The notes below the pieces were generated by a model, which searched no databases, was not told where the DNA came from, and saw nothing but the letters and a program-made list of their open reading frames with translations. A program made the position numbers and the translations under genes. From the NCBI GenBank assembly GCA_030141605.1, contig JAQGDQ010000023.1, positions 1,054,001 to 1,118,000 on the forward strand: 64,000 bases of DNA, in the 5' to 3' direction. Shown here in pieces: positions 22,961 through 37,480 of this stretch. This DNA comes from Tubiluchus corallicola. Its lineage: Eukaryota > Animalia > Priapulida. The first letter of the stretch is position 1, and each line of letters starts with the position of its first letter.

Positions 22961-24797
22961 TTGTATTATATTTACAATGATTTAAAAGGTAACGAAGATA
23001 CCGTGAACCAAACGCAGTTGTTCTATGTCAGCATTAATACTTTAATAAGGAAGTTTAGTAGTTGTTCTGCTAATGTTAACTCCCTTCTCTTCAAAAGTTA
23101 CTGTTGTACCTTTTATAGTTGTTCACTGTTGATTAATTTTGACAAATATGTTTTAGAGAAACTCAGGATGGTGTAACAATGGTATAAAAAACTTCTTAAA
23201 CTTAAATATGATTGCAGTGCATTTCAGATGTGTGTGGATCTCTTCCACATTCACGTATGTACGACGTAAGTGCTATTATAATCTGATTAAGAGAATTATG
23301 CAATCTGGCAATAGCCTGATGGGAAATATTGCAACAGATTCTGATGTGATGTATACTTCAAATTTTTTTATTTGTGGCTGTCTCTCTTATTTGATTTGGG
23401 TAGCCTTTAATATTGTTTTTGTTAATGTATGTAATTAGTATAGTTAGTATTTCATCTGTCCATGTGTACAGTAATTTGTCTTTTTAGTATATCATATGGC
23501 TATTTTAATGCTGAAATAAAATGTGAAAACTGAATTGAATATAAGGCAAAAATATTTTACATTGCTTTACAATTCCTTCTAAGTATAACCAGGCTTATTT
23601 TGGCAATTTAAACTCCACTGTTTTGATTTGTAATAATATTTTGAGCCTTAGCTTTTCAGTATCATCAATGTACTAATTATTTCTTCTTTTGGCTTAATTT
23701 ATAGTATTGACAATAACTGTTATAGTTCGAAATGATAGTCTATGCTCGATAAAAATTCCTAGAGGCTCTTTTATATATTGCTAACTTATTGGAAACTTAA
23801 TAAACCTACTGCATTAACTGCGCATTGAGTCATGCAAATCATGCAGGTGAAAACAAATAAATCCAACACCCAACTAACACTAATTGCACTGATAGCAATT
23901 AGAAAAAACGATCCCTAACCTCGGGTATTCTAACCAAAGTTGACACTAAACGTGATACGCCATAATTAGGTGTAAGTCCTGCAACCTGGAAAGCAATTAT
24001 CCTTATACAATATAAAAACATTAGATGAACGTGCAACAAAGATAAAATACTCAATGAATTTCATCAATTAAAATAATACACCGGAAAAATAGTTATCTTT
24101 ACAAGGTAAGTTGATATACACATATGTCCATAAAAGTGATACAATAATTATGGAGCATTATATGAATACAAAATATTAATTTTTATTGCTGTTTTTATAT
24201 CACTATTTTATTGATTTTACAGTTGATCACTAAGATTCAGTATTTATCATGTTTTCCCCAAACCAGACATTTTTCACAAATTTACAAAAGCAAAAGCTTT
24301 GAAAAAGTGATTTACTATATTATAAAAATATTAAACCCATCTTCAATACTGTCACAATTATTTTCATAAAAACAGATTGTTTTCAACACCAAAAAAAACA
24401 AAACGGTGCAAAAGCAAAAAATGATACATTTGGTGAAATCATTTAATAAAATGAGAATATTGTGTGCATACTGGAGAAAGAGGGGTACCCAATGCTCTGC
24501 CCTAGTAGAACTAATTTAACTGACCTGTTATAATGAACTTAAATGCTTACCATTCCATTTACTAAAGGCTGTTACGTATTCCAGCTCGATTTTTGTGCCT
24601 AAATTAAATTTTGGTGACTAGTTAAGTCAATTTTCGGGTGGTGAATTCAAAAATGATAACTACCATTTTTTTTCATGCTCATCTTAGGCTGCCATTTTGG
24701 ATTTCAAAATGACCACCACTAACAGTTAAAACTTAAGCTTGTTGGATTTTAAAAACCATAGGATTTTAAGCTAAGTTCAATTTTTTTCACAAATAAG

Positions 24798-25206
24798 TAA
24801 GGCCGGATTATCCTATAGGCTAGAATAGGCTGCAGCCTAAGGCTACTCAAGCTTGGGGGCCCTGCTAAAAGATTTTGAAGTAATTCTTTTTTTGAAAAGT
24901 GAGAAAATTAATATTTTGCATTACGGTAATGTTGAAATATGTGCTAAATTTGGTTTGCCATAAATAACAAAATAGTGAGATTGCTTAAAGAATATTTTTA
25001 CTGACAAATAAAAGATAGCTATTCTGGTTTATGTAAACAATTTGCGATAAGTTTATTTTAAGCTATGTAAATGTCGGTAAAATATGTAAGGAGTAAAAAT
25101 GTTCAAGACGGTTTCTTTTGAGTCAGAGGACGGTTCAGCTTGAAGGACCCCCATACCATAAATTTCATTAGCCCAGAGGCCCCAGAAAGTTCATTATCCA
25201 GCCCTG
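24798..25206. mobile_element. hAT-type MITE
   Basis: Perfect 8-bp TSD caaataag (24790-24797 and 25207-25214); imperfect TIRs taaggccggattat / cagggctggataat. Confidence 0.82.
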
Positions 25207-27055
25207 CAAATAAGGAAGTGGTGTGGGCTAGATGTGCACTAAATACTTTAAAAAAGTGGGCATATCTGTCATGTGTCAGGACCCAAAATGTCCAATCAGT
25301 ACACTGTACAAATTTGGGAGCAATATAGTGTGTGCAAGCTATGTTTATCCATTAACAATGTTAACAGCTCGTGTAAACCTTGTATGGTCTCAATATGTTA
25401 TTGCTAGCTAGCTCATTGTATAAATGCAACTCCTAAATAATCAAGCGTAGCACTATAATGACCGTCAGAGGCTTGACTTCAGAGCCACTGGTGAAAAGCC
25501 GGTAAGTTTGAGTTCACTGAAACTTTTAATATCAACAGTTCTTACATACATGTTGTTAACTATTTTGAAAGACACTTTTTATCTGAAAATATAAACAGAA
25601 GCTTTTACTTAAAGCATCTCCTGTCACAGAAGCAGTGCCCTATCAGAGTTTTTGACAGTGTCAAAAAACATTTGTTAGTTGTTATTATTTCTATTGCCTT
25701 TTGTTTCTTTAATAACTCACAAGTTCACAGGGCTAGGGTCACGAAACTCATAGGGCACTCCCCATGAAGATGGACTTCTGTTTATGTCATCTGTAATATG
25801 TAGGGAAAAGGTCACGGAGTAGGCGGGGCTTCAGATTTGTCATTAGGCTAGATCTTCTCCAACAATTTCTCAGTGGTATTGAGTTCTTGTGCACGGCTGA
25901 ATATGGACCACTTGCATATGGGAAATTTTTTCACTAAGAACCGAAAACCAAAATAGGGGATGAGGATGCCAATGCTTCTAGTGTTGAGAAATTACAATGG
26001 TTCAAGTGAAATGCTTCAATGACATAAATGGAATGGTACGAGTTAAGCCTAGATTGGTCGACCCCAAGGGGCACAAACTGAAATTCAGAATCAAGGATAC
26101 AAGTGCAACTAGGCAGAGTCGAGCAACAAGAGTCTGTAGTTTATAAAATAAAACAGCTCAATCGCATAAAGATGAGGATATCCTACTTGTTGATCCCAGA
26201 TGCCAAGGTCACAGGTTAAAAGTGATGTTTCAATTTTAGTCTCATGTATTACACCAAATGAAAGTTGTCAATGAGACTAACTGAATGGACTGCATTAACC
26301 ACATTTGATTGACCCATGACCTATTGGTCACTGGTCAAAAAGTGACAAGTTCCATTTCAATTAATGCCAAGTACAACCTTACTCATGTATATATTTGGTA
26401 TTTCCACGAACATTGAAATATCTTTGCTTTTGGACTAATTTCTCGCATTAATTATTTTGAAAAACATCTTTACTTGTAAATACAAAATAACAGCTATTAC
26501 TAAAAGCCTCTTCTGTCACAGAAGCAGAATCTCATCAGTTTCTGATGGGGATAAAAAGTTCTCCTTGATGGAAGTAGCTAAGAAAATTTTGTACCTACTG
26601 CAGAAATGCTAGCAAAAAAACTTTTAAGGTGTAAATGCCAGAATTTTTAAGATAAACTGTAATGCCATTCGTTAAACTGGCAGACTTAATGATGATTCAA
26701 ATATATAGTTTCTAAATAACCAATAACACCTTGATTAACAACAGGCATAGCTTGCTCAGGAGACAGGCAAATGCTATAAAAATCATGGTGCCCTTAACTG
26801 TACTGTATTGCCTACAAATAAAGGCATGTGTAAATAATTAGAATTATACCTTGTGACATTGAATATTATACTATGGCTGGCAAGAAAACAGTATAAATGA
26901 AAGAAGACGTATTAAGAAAGCAAATGCAACTAAAAGAAATGTGTATCAAAAATATATGCACAATTAGATAATAACAATGTGTTAAATAATTTACCCCTAA
27001 ATAATATTACTAAACATTACTGAATAAAATCAAGAGCTCCTATAAACGAGCTTAC

Positions 27056-27215
27056 CTTCAGAGCAGAGGGTGCCTTTTCGCTAGCTCTCTTGCCTTCTAA
27101 ACCAACAAGCACAAATAGTTCAAGGAGTTTATTCAAAAGTTCCATCAGTTCATCCTCACCTTGAATACTAGCTGCTATATTTGCTAAAGCGTTCACCACA
27201 GCTCCAGAAACATGT
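27056..27215 (-). CDS. PI4KA: PI4KA exon 17 ([19 protein letters not shown]...[16 protein letters not shown])
   Basis: ORF 27017-27250; tttgcag| acceptor, AAG|gtaagc donor, 160 nt. Confidence 0.95.
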
Positions 27216-28833
27216 CTGCAAAAATGGAAAAATTTCTTTTTACTTAGCAAGCACCGTTGTAGAATTTTTCTACTAATATTAAGGGTTACGTTTATACGGA
27301 TCAGTTAGGATCCAAATTATGCAGATGATAAAGTTCAAACTTTATGCTCATAGGATACCCACTAGAATGCTATTTTGGAATCAAATCCGAATTCAACAGG
27401 CCAACAATGTCTACCACTGCTACATTGAATAATGTAACTATATTATTGAGATTTGGTAAATCTATGATTTTGGATGATGCCACATCATATATTCATTATA
27501 ACACACACAAGATGTTTATGATGCTTATGCTAAGTTTTTTTGGGAAAAAATCCAATTGGTTTAGCACTTCTGAGATTCTTCTACGACATGTAAGCTAAAT
27601 TTCCTAAAAAGCGATGATTTTAAATTTGCTTGCAACATAAAGGATTTTTTGGCCATCTGTGATTCTTGAGACACTGCTCAAGAGTGATGTATCGTGCAAT
27701 CGACACTACACATTTAAATAGATGTCAACATGATTTACAAAAAAATGTATTTAAAGACATCAAAATCAAAACAGTGAATCAAATCACAATAGATCCCTTC
27801 AGATTACGTGAACTACATCAGCCTCGCCCAAATCCACCACGCCCAGTTCTTAGTGGTAATGGCTTAACATCCAGCACCACATAGATTGCACTATGGGTAT
27901 TTGAAACTCAACAGTTTTGGTCAGCATTCACCTAATGGATGTATCACAAAGAACTGATGGTAGTGTAGCCTAAAATTTGTCCGTGTAAGAACATAGATAT
28001 AGCAACTCGCTTTCGCACATTTGCTACCCTTCTGTGTCCGGTTATCTTAAACCCAGAACCTTTGTTTACAATGCCAAATGTACTACACGGCTAGTGTGTT
28101 GTTTTCTTGCATTCTTTAAAAGCCAAAACTGACTTTATTATTGTCAAAAAAAACAATAATTTTTGAAGATACGCCAATAAATTTTTTGTACAATGGAAAT
28201 GTTTTTCTACCAAAGTGATTCATAAGAAGACTGAGTTACTGATCACGATTGCTAGTTATTGTTAAAAAATGTAACTGTGAATTACAGGCACATTGCTACC
28301 AACACAGTCACCCTATAGCCAACTAGGCTTGCTGGGATCATATCAAAAGATTGGTCTATTTAACTTCCTTTGTAGCCAACACCTCCCTGATACGCCTTTT
28401 ACCTCGAAAGTATTCATTGGCAAAACTGACACTGCAAGTGAGTCGCGCAAATAATGAGCAATTTTCTCTTTTGCTCTAGAAATTTGTATGTATTCTGCGA
28501 TAAAAATGTATCAATAGCTAACAAATAGTCAACAGACACATTGCATAATAAGTAAGCCTAACAAAAGTTAAATGTAATTAATTTCCAAAATTATTAAAAT
28601 TTTACAGGAAAAAAATCTAAAAATGAGTACACCTTTAAATGCAGGTGGTGCCATGTCGTCATTTATTACGAATCCTTTGAACAATGTTGTAAGAGATGGT
28701 TAAGTACACCGTGCCTTGTTTAAAAGCCATTAAAAATAATGTGCTCTTGAACTAATTCGAAACCAAAGTGCTCTCGTGTCTCATGTGGTTGGGTTTATTA
28801 ACAGATAAACTCAAAGCAAATTTTAGAACTTAC

Positions 28834-28943
28834 CTGTAGCCAAAATGAAATTCGTCCTTGCAACCTCCAGCTGAATAAGCTGTTGAACCAGCTTCAACAC
28901 TTATCCTAATAAACATCTGCATTACTTCTTGATAGATATTACG
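28834..28943 (-). CDS. PI4KA: PI4KA exon 16 (RNIYQEVMQMFIRISVEAGSTAYSAGGCKDEFHFGY)
   Basis: tttgcag| acceptor, AG|gtaagt donor, 110 nt; matches IYQEVWNLFQQISVKAS...HGYR. Confidence 0.93.
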
Positions 28944-31900
28944 CTGCAAATACATTAATATATAGAGGAGTTACAAAAGAGTTAATGCCTGTCATAAACT
29001 CAAGACATCTATACTTAGCACTAAAGTGCTTTCCACTTTGGTTTGCTACAATGCAGAGTAAAATATGTTTGCATTAAACTGCGTCCGTGACTTGCTGCTA
29101 TTTCATAACCTTGATTGCTTTAAAACAACAAGGAGCTACTGTTGCTTATTCAAATAATGGTTGTGAAGTTTACTGTTCACTAATCGACACTGTTGAAGCA
29201 TTCAACAAGATTTATTACAGTTTCAACTTAATAACTGGCACAACAATGACTGCATTTTAGATAACAGGTAACATTCTTCTGTGTTCACTGCTTGTTATCA
29301 TTGTAAACTGTACAAGTAGGTTTCTTTGGACATTTTGGTTAGTAATTAAGCATACTTACATATACATAAACAATATTTATTTAAAGTCAAAATAAAATCA
29401 AAATGTGAAAAAATGACATACTGTACAAAATACAACAATAAAATCACACAAGCAGGGATAAAAACAACCCAATCACGAAACCAAATAATAGGCATAATTT
29501 TAAAAATGTGAACATGGTTGTTGAGAATTTACAAACGAATACACAAAGATAAAAATATCAAATTAAAATTAATTCACTACAACAATAACACATTCAAAAG
29601 TAAAAGGTCAAAAAAGTTTTATAGATTATTATACATTCATGTAGTAAAGGACCACAATTATTAGAAATACCATAATTAACGTCAAATTAAATGTCAGTCA
29701 TTCTCAGTGAAGCTCTGCTGACTATACAATCAGCGTGCATATTCTTCACACACAGAACTAGTTCATTACCTCGTCTTTCGGGACAATCAGGGGCATGAGC
29801 CGTAACCATGTATTGTTGGTATATCTTATATTCTTATGAAAAATGCTCAACTTTTCATTTGTTTGCACGAGGGAAAGCAGTCTGATTTTAAATTTTATTA
29901 CAGCTTGTCGATTGTCTATATTGTTGATTGAAATTGCAGGTGAATTAGTGGAAATGCAGTCTAATTTCATTTTTTATAGGAAGAAATGTGCATCGCTTGT
30001 GTCTATGAGTTACTGATGTTGTTAATTATAAGATACGCAGTTTAATTTAATGTACGACCTTGCAAGCTAGAAAAAGACAAGTTTTTGATTAACTTTAAAA
30101 AATACAAATTAACTTAACGAGGTTAATTAGACTGATCATATGACGCTGCTTTAATGATCGCAATGTAAAGTGGCCTACTTGAACAGTGGTGACAATGAAA
30201 TTTATAACTTTATATTGAAGGCCAACGTTGGCAGGTTTAAATGAGTCAAGGTTAATATGCATGTAAAAATTACAGCCTGAGTATTTCTAAGTAGGTTTGT
30301 GCAGGTTACAGGAATGGCCAGTTAGCAATTATAGTTGAGGCCTAGTGGCAGAGTTGAACTCACCTACGGGAATATGTGAGAATTGTCAGGATTATGTAGT
30401 AAGCGAGCACACACATAGGAATCCACATTCAAGCAAATTTTTTTCAGAGATTTTCAGGCAAAAGTTTTCTTTGCTGGTCAGTTTTATAAACCTCATATAA
30501 GATCTTCACAGTCCAAATTAATTCAAATGTGGTCAAAATTTTTGTTATATATTAATGTAAATGTAAAATTTGTATCCTGAAATAGTTCAATTTTATGCTA
30601 GTCTTCTGGATATTTTCATGACTAAAGGATGCCATTGGGAATTATGAGTTACTTTGGCAAGATCATCTATGGAATAGAACAATCAAATTTATTCCATTTC
30701 TGTAGTCTAACAAACAGTTGAAAAAATGCAAAAAGAATATAAAGCTTGTGAATGACTACATGATCAATTAAATGTAGAAAATATATGTGATGTGTTCGTA
30801 TATTCAAAGGCAAAAGAGACTTTTGTAAACATATTTTGTTGCCCATTTGTCTTGAAGATAGGCTTAACTGGCTTAGTTTCTTTATAATAACGACCGGACT
30901 AGGCACTCTTTGCATTTCGTAGTTCTTTGAAGCTTTGTCACTACATTCTGCTTAAATTTTGATAAAATTTTTTGGTTACTTAAAGTTTCAATTTCTTGTT
31001 AAAATACCTGCTACGTTGCAAATTTTGTGAATGAAAAAGCACAATCAGTTTGCATGCCCACTGATTAGGCATTAGTTGTCATGTTGTTTACTATAAAGAG
31101 AGTTGTTATTCAGTGTGAGCTGCTGTCCTGAATGCTACTCAGTGTGCTTACGTGACAGCAGCGGCGGAGCAATAGACCAATTTATTTCACGTCAATTGTC
31201 TTGAAGCTTCATGGTTTTATCAACCTCATTTTTTATTCTAGAAATCCAAGCATTTCGCACTGCGCTGCATGTTAGAAAAATGTCCCATGCATAACGAGGA
31301 CAATGTGGTGTTGTCAGGCCATATGAGCCTAAAACTGCTTTGTAATGTACAGACTTTTCAGTACTTACCTATCATAGTGTATTGAAATATTGCTCCCTGC
31401 AGTTGTGAATTTTTTACATTTTTTTCTTACATTAGCTTCAGTTTTGTTACTATTAAACTTTCTTAAAAAATGTTTTCTCCACAGTTTCGTGCTTGCTCTG
31501 TGAACAACTCATGAGCAAAACAAAGCAATTTTCGATGCTCAATCAAACGCGCGAGGGCATCCTGGTTAGTTGCCGACAAAATCATAAAGTGTGGGGTCAC
31601 TAGCATACTAGTTGCCATACAGCACATTTGTACTGTTACTAATTAAAACTATGACCCTGTTGCTTTTTGGTTAATAGTCTTGGAAATATAGTTGTTTTCA
31701 GCTAATCAATTTATAACATGTTGGTTATTACAAAACTCATAAATATTCCAATGTATTCAAATTGATCAAATCTTTTTTATTTTCTTCTTGGTCAAGTGAA
31801 ATAACATACTTCTCAACCAGCCTAGATAAAAAACATGGAGGATATTTGTGAGATCTCAAGCATATCTATAGAACATCTGAATTAATGAGGTACGCACAAT

Positions 31901-32143
31901 GTATTTTTCGCCTTTGGTTTCGTCTTGACAGTCTCGTTCTTGTCATTGTTCAAATAATAAGTTTTCAACCCTTTTCATACTGTGGAGTCACAATAAAGTA
32001 TGTTTTTTAATTTTTTTACAATAAAATGGATTCTGCAATAATGCTAAATAGCATTTCAAACACAGCAAATGACACAGAAAAGATTCATTGAGCTAGTACC
32101 CAATGCTTTGCATTCCAGACTAGGTAATTAATTAAAAACTCAC

Positions 32144-32327
32144 TGAACCAGCAATCATCATGCATCCCAGCTGGTCTACGATAAGACTGTCCAACTGTGA
32201 TGGTGGCTCACAAAATCTCTGCTGAAGTATTTGTAAAACAGACTCCATGGTCTTGGGGATATCCTTCAGTGCAATAGCAATATGCCCAAGAGTTAGAATA
32301 GTATTGTTGGCTATCAGCTCTGCTTCC
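32144..32327 (-). CDS. PI4KA: PI4KA exon 15 ([22 protein letters not shown]...[11 protein letters not shown])
   Basis: ORF 32132-32338; tttacag| acceptor, TCA|gtgagt donor, 184 nt; strong match to [34 protein letters not shown]. Confidence 0.95.
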
Positions 32328-33876
32328 CTGTAAATCAAATTTTCAAATCAGCACTTGTACTCAGGGACTAATCTACCTCATGATGATAACCAATAATATG
32401 ACTTCATTTGCAATCTATATATAATAAAATTTCAATAAAAATGACACCAAATATGTATAATAGGTCAATTTATCAATAAAAAGCTGATTAAACACAAATG
32501 TGAAGATGGAGATGGATTGTTAAAAATTTGTTAGATTTTTTGCTTACTTGTGATGTAAGCATGTGAAGCAGATCTTGCTTGCCACGATGCCAGTGGGTCT
32601 CATTCTTGTTCTCGATCATGTAATAGAAAACTCTGTCATTTATTCATTGTGAGGCAATAAGCAAAACTATATAGAATGCTTGTGCAATATTGATCACCAG
32701 TGAGTGGATATATTAGCATTTGTCATTTCACGTAGTTTGAACATTGTACAAATTCTTTTGTCGTTGCTGTTGGATTGTGTCATGGGCAGGTGTGGGAAGT
32801 TTCATTTGGAGTTAAATGTTAATTTATTATTTTTAAAGTTAAGCATCTAAACTAGGAATTTGTTATAAATCCATTTCTGTCTATGTACCAATTGTTTTAA
32901 TAATTCTTTTGATTAATTTTTTTATTGATTGATTGCATATAGCCATCTGTGAGTACGACTAATTATTCTGGGTGGGATGTGATTTAGCAAATGCTAATAA
33001 TATTAGAACAGTTTACAAGAAACATATAAAAAAATGAAAAATATTTTGCATCAATTTTGTCTCGCTGCTACCAGTAAAATATAAGCTTCCACATCTAAAA
33101 ACTGCCGTCAGGTAGTGAGTGTGCGTGCCAGCGTACCCATTTTTCTTGTTTCGTATTTTAGGAACTTTAGCATATTTTTGATGTAATTTTCTTATCTCTA
33201 TTTATCATTAGTTAAACGTGTAGATTTGGGTCGGGAGCCAAATTGAAAAATCCTGACTTCGAAGATCAATTAGTGTCCCAAATTTCAATGCCAAGTTGCT
33301 GATCCCGATCCAACCCTGAGCTGCCCTAATCAACATTATATCAAGGTTACTATATATATTACTACGCAAAAACATAATAATTATCAGGAAGAAGATGTAA
33401 GAGAAATCGATAGACATCCAGCATGAGATCTAGTAAGTGTCTGGCAACTCTAAAGAATTAGAATGATTTTTTATAGACGCTAATCATTTCTTAAACTGGT
33501 GGAATAAGATGAGCAAAATCATGCTAACTTAATATATTGACTTCAAAACTCTGTAAATTCAGGTTGGGAAAATTTACTCTAATGTAGTGTTCAAAATTAC
33601 TAATGTGCACTATATGTTGAAAAAGAGAAAGAATTGATCAGTCTCTGTGCAGCTCATGTACTTTGTACAAAAGTGCAGAGTTCATGACAGCAACAAGATT
33701 TATTATTAATATCGATATTCCAGGAAAGCACTGCTTCCTTCATCAGAGTAGTCCTTGCCAAGATATAGCTATTATCAATAAACCTTGTTGTAATTAATTA
33801 TCTTCTTATTTTTACTTATGTACATTAATCTTTACGTATTAATTACATATACTCATTAATTTTTAAGGTTAATTAC

Positions 33877-33972
33877 CATGTGCGACTTTCTGCCATATAT
33901 AACCGATTTGAAATAGAAGCTAGTGCTGCTTGCACACAGTCTGGATCTTCTTTGACACGTGTCACTAATGCT
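33877..33972 (-). CDS. PI4KA: PI4KA exon 14 (ALVTRVKEDPDCVQAALASISNRLYMAESRT)
   Basis: catttag| acceptor, TG|gtaatt donor, 96 nt; matches DPVIVEAFLASLSNRLY. Confidence 0.93.
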
Positions 33973-34486
33973 CTAAATGAAACAAAAAATATGAATACAG
34001 TAAAAAACTTCTTTGGCAGTAAAAGACTACCCCGAATAAGAAGTTGAGTCCTTAATCAAATTTGTCCCTTGCAATGTACATCATTAAAGTTGCACAAGAG
34101 TAATAAATAATCAACCAATTTACACACAGAAGTGAACAAAAGCTGTGAATGACAGCATGACACAATGCTAGTTTTAGGGCAAAGGTAAGTTTGTTACACA
34201 AAGGGATTAGTGTTGCTGCTGACAAGCCAGATGCATTAAAAACTCTGCATTAAAAACGGTTTTATTATTATTATTATTATTTTTATTAATTAGTTTTTGT
34301 TATGGACTAATGAAGGCAACACTTGAAAATTAATATTATAAGAAAATTATTTTTAGCCATCGTCTTTAACAATAGCAGAAAACTACTTGTTCACATTCTA
34401 TTTCTTCGTCAGGATAGATATATGAAAATATTACACGACGACTAATTTGTGCTTTTCTTGCTAAGTTAAAAGCAATAACGGACTAC

Positions 34487-34620
34487 CTGCCGAAGCTGTC
34501 AATAGCTGTATCGCGCAGTTTTTCAAAAGCTCGTCTCTTCTTGGTTATTTTATTTTTACTTTTTCCTGCAGTGCTAAATCCTGTAGATTCATCAGAAACT
34601 GTGATTTGGAGTTGACTTCT
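34487..34620 (-). CDS. PI4KA: PI4KA exon 13 (RSQLQITVSDESTGFSTAGKSKNKITKKRRAFEKLRDTAIDSFG)
   Basis: ttttgcag| acceptor, AG|gtagtc donor, 134 nt; matches YEQLRDIAIDNICR. Confidence 0.9.
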
Positions 34621-35129
34621 CTGCAAAATTACCAATATAAATAACAATGAACCAACAACAATTCCAAATGTATTGTATAGCAGTTGACATTAAATTCAAA
34701 TTTCAAGTTGGGCTAATACCTAATTTCACAAAGAAAACTTCATAACATGACTGATTTACATAGTTTACTAGAAGTGGATCCAGAGGGGGTCCAAGGAGTC
34801 CGGACCCCGTTTTTATCATGCAAAACATAAGTACAACCGAGTTCTGTTTCCCATGTAAAGATGCGAAATTTAACTTAACACTGTAAATCCTAGACTATAG
34901 CTCTGCGAAATCAGGTAGCCTGTATACTTGATCAGCCACTGGTAAAATTACTACGTACTTACAGCAGTCTACAACAGGTACAAAAATGTTGTTGCATGTG
35001 GTGCGACAGTGGAGATGGAGCTACAGTGCTGTAAAGAAATGAATCTTTAGCCTTGCAAGGCTTCATAATTGTCATCAGTGAGCTTATTTTCTGCGATAAT
35101 TAGCATCCCTGATCAACCTAGATTCTTGT

Positions 35130-35189
35130 TGCACTTTGTTAATTGTTTTAATACAGTCTGCACTTTGTTAATTGTTTTAATACAGTCTG
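35130..35189. repeat. 29-bp tandem duplication
   Basis: tgcactttgttaattgttttaatacagtc occurs twice in tandem. Confidence 0.95.
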
Positions 35190-35434
35190 TGACCGACTGT
35201 TAGTAATTAAACATTCCTAGATAAATAGTAAATTCCGGACAACTTACACTAAAAATTAGTAATTTGCAAATTTTTTTCTATGGAACATAAGATCCAGACA
35301 CTACGACACTGGACAACTGTTTCCTGGTGAATTGTAAATTGCACAAATTGGTTTAGCCAAAGCAGGAATAAAGAAGTGAAGAGACACCGATGAGAAATGG
35401 TTCTAGTGAAATTTGGGTACAAAAACTAACTAAC

Positions 35435-35563
35435 CTTCAATTTATGATCATCATGGTCACTGAGTTTCAGCAGAAGTGGTGATGGACTGATGAGAAAATC
35501 ACGAAGTTTAACAATTACAGATTGTGCTAATGCTGGCCACTTTTCCACTAGAATGCCCATGCC
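35435..35563 (-). CDS. PI4KA: PI4KA exon 12 (GMGILVEKWPALAQSVIVKLRDFLISPSPLLLKLSDHDDHKLK)
   Basis: ttttag| acceptor, AAG|gttagt donor, 129 nt; LRDFLxxPSPxLxKL conserved. Confidence 0.93.
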
Positions 35564-36699
35564 CTAAAATGAAGCAGCATAATACACAAATATATAATTT
35601 TCCCATGGTATGCTTATTGCTCTAAGAAGTGTGCTTGTATTCAATATTTTGACATAACGTCTTTGAAGCAGCCAAGTCGTAGATTGAAATATATACACTC
35701 TTAATCTACAAAAATACTGCAATCAGATTCAATTCACAAATTAAAATTTAAACGACTTCTTGGTAAAAAATTTGAACCTTATATTTTCAGAGAAGCATGG
35801 GTAGGCAGAATAAAACAGTTTGGAATCACCATGCCCAAAGAAAATAACAAATTGAAGGAGTTATCATCTGCATTTAATATCTGTATTAAAATTCTAACAT
35901 CAATAAGGCATTTTAATGAATGAAGAACACACTCAAATATTTTACAGTAGATATAATTAAAAACGCCATTTAAGTATCGTGGGCAGTGACAGGCTAGGGT
36001 TATAAAGCTGACAAGAATTAAATATAGAAACCCTGAAATAAACGATGTACCGGACTTTAAGCACGAACTTTGTCAACCAGTTTACGGCTGTTTGTATGGT
36101 ACTTAACAAACTATTAGTAGGGAGTCCAACACCGAATGTTAAGCCAAAAAAGACATTGCCAAGCACTTCAATCAATAGCAGGCAGCAACATGGATGGACA
36201 AAAGACTAACCTGTTCTGATCACCTTAAGTTCACTAAAAGAAAATCATAATGCTTCAACTGTTTCACTGGGTCTTGTTTTGATCCCTATTTGTATGCAAG
36301 AGAACCCCTAGGCATTCCTCACTTTGCACCAATTTAGATGGTGCACCGAGAGACTCACAGAACTTTACTACAAAACGTAGAGAGAAATGATAAGTTTTTA
36401 ATGCATTTGGTATTCATTATCATATATACTAATAAAACAAAAATTATAGACGGAATCATGGATGTTCACTTATTATTCGCTAATAAACAGATATTTTGCA
36501 GCCCATCGAGTCTTACTTCCTCAGTGTATGCATTTGTAATATGCAACATTCTTCAAAATGTGAAATCAATGAATAATCCCAACAAAATGCAGAAAAGTAC
36601 CTTCCTTATGACAGTTATTACTATTACAAAAACTTTTGACCATTTTATTGGTAATGATGAAATAAACACATAAACTACAAGTTAAGTGATGTAACCATA

Positions 36700-37480
36700 C
36701 CATAAACTATCTACTGAATTTTTGGAAATAAAGTAAGCCAACCAATGTGAGCGGGCTTAGAGTGAGAGTATTCAAAGTTTTTTATTGTTGATCAAAGAAC
36801 CACTTTGCACATTACATAAGGAATTTCTTTACATAAAGAGCCTATTTATCTTACTTGTATATGTATAATATCTCAACACATCTAGGATTAACATCATGAG
36901 ATGTCTCTTAAAAGTGTTGAGCAAGACCAGTTGCAGGTTCTCCAGATTTACACCTAAACACCTCATGTTCCTTCATTGTACAAAAAAAAGTAAGAATAGT
37001 TACCCCAATGTACGATTTTTCACAATTAGTACATTCTATCATATCTGCATTTCTTTTATTAAGTAAAGTGGATTTTAGGCAGTTCAGGACCATTATAATA
37101 TAGTGAACAAGACATAATTCAACTTGCTGTTACAAGTGTAATACAACTTAAACCGTCCTAGTAAGATTTTAAAAGAAATGCCTTCTACATAAGGTATAGC
37201 AAGAATAAATCTAGAATCCCTTTGAGGGGATCAATGCATTCCTAAGATAATACAGATTTAACTCTATGCCTAGGGTATCTATTGTCAATAAACATATTTA
37301 ACAAATGGATCAATTCTCGATCTAAATCCTCAGATTTAGTACAATAACGCGAGGCCAGAAGTTTCATAGTACATCAGGCGCACTGGAGTATGGATTTATG
37401 TACCTGTTGAGTTGACTATGCACCGATGAGTATCTATCTGTCGTGTTTCTGTAACTGACAATAGCAATAATTCTTAAGTC
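36700..37480 (-). mobile_element. Decayed Penelope-like element (RT C-terminus plus GIY-YIG)
   Basis: YRNTTDRY, LAIPYVEGIS and IECTNCEKSYIGVT...MKEH...TGLAQH (ORF 36908-37093). Confidence 0.75.

Noticed and set aside
28622-28640. Kolobok-like terminus (gagtacacct-ttaa)
   Set aside because: No matching opposite end found.
34770-34941. Short hAT-like MITE (gtggatccag...gatcagccactg)
   Set aside because: Left terminus eroded and no matching 8-bp TSD.
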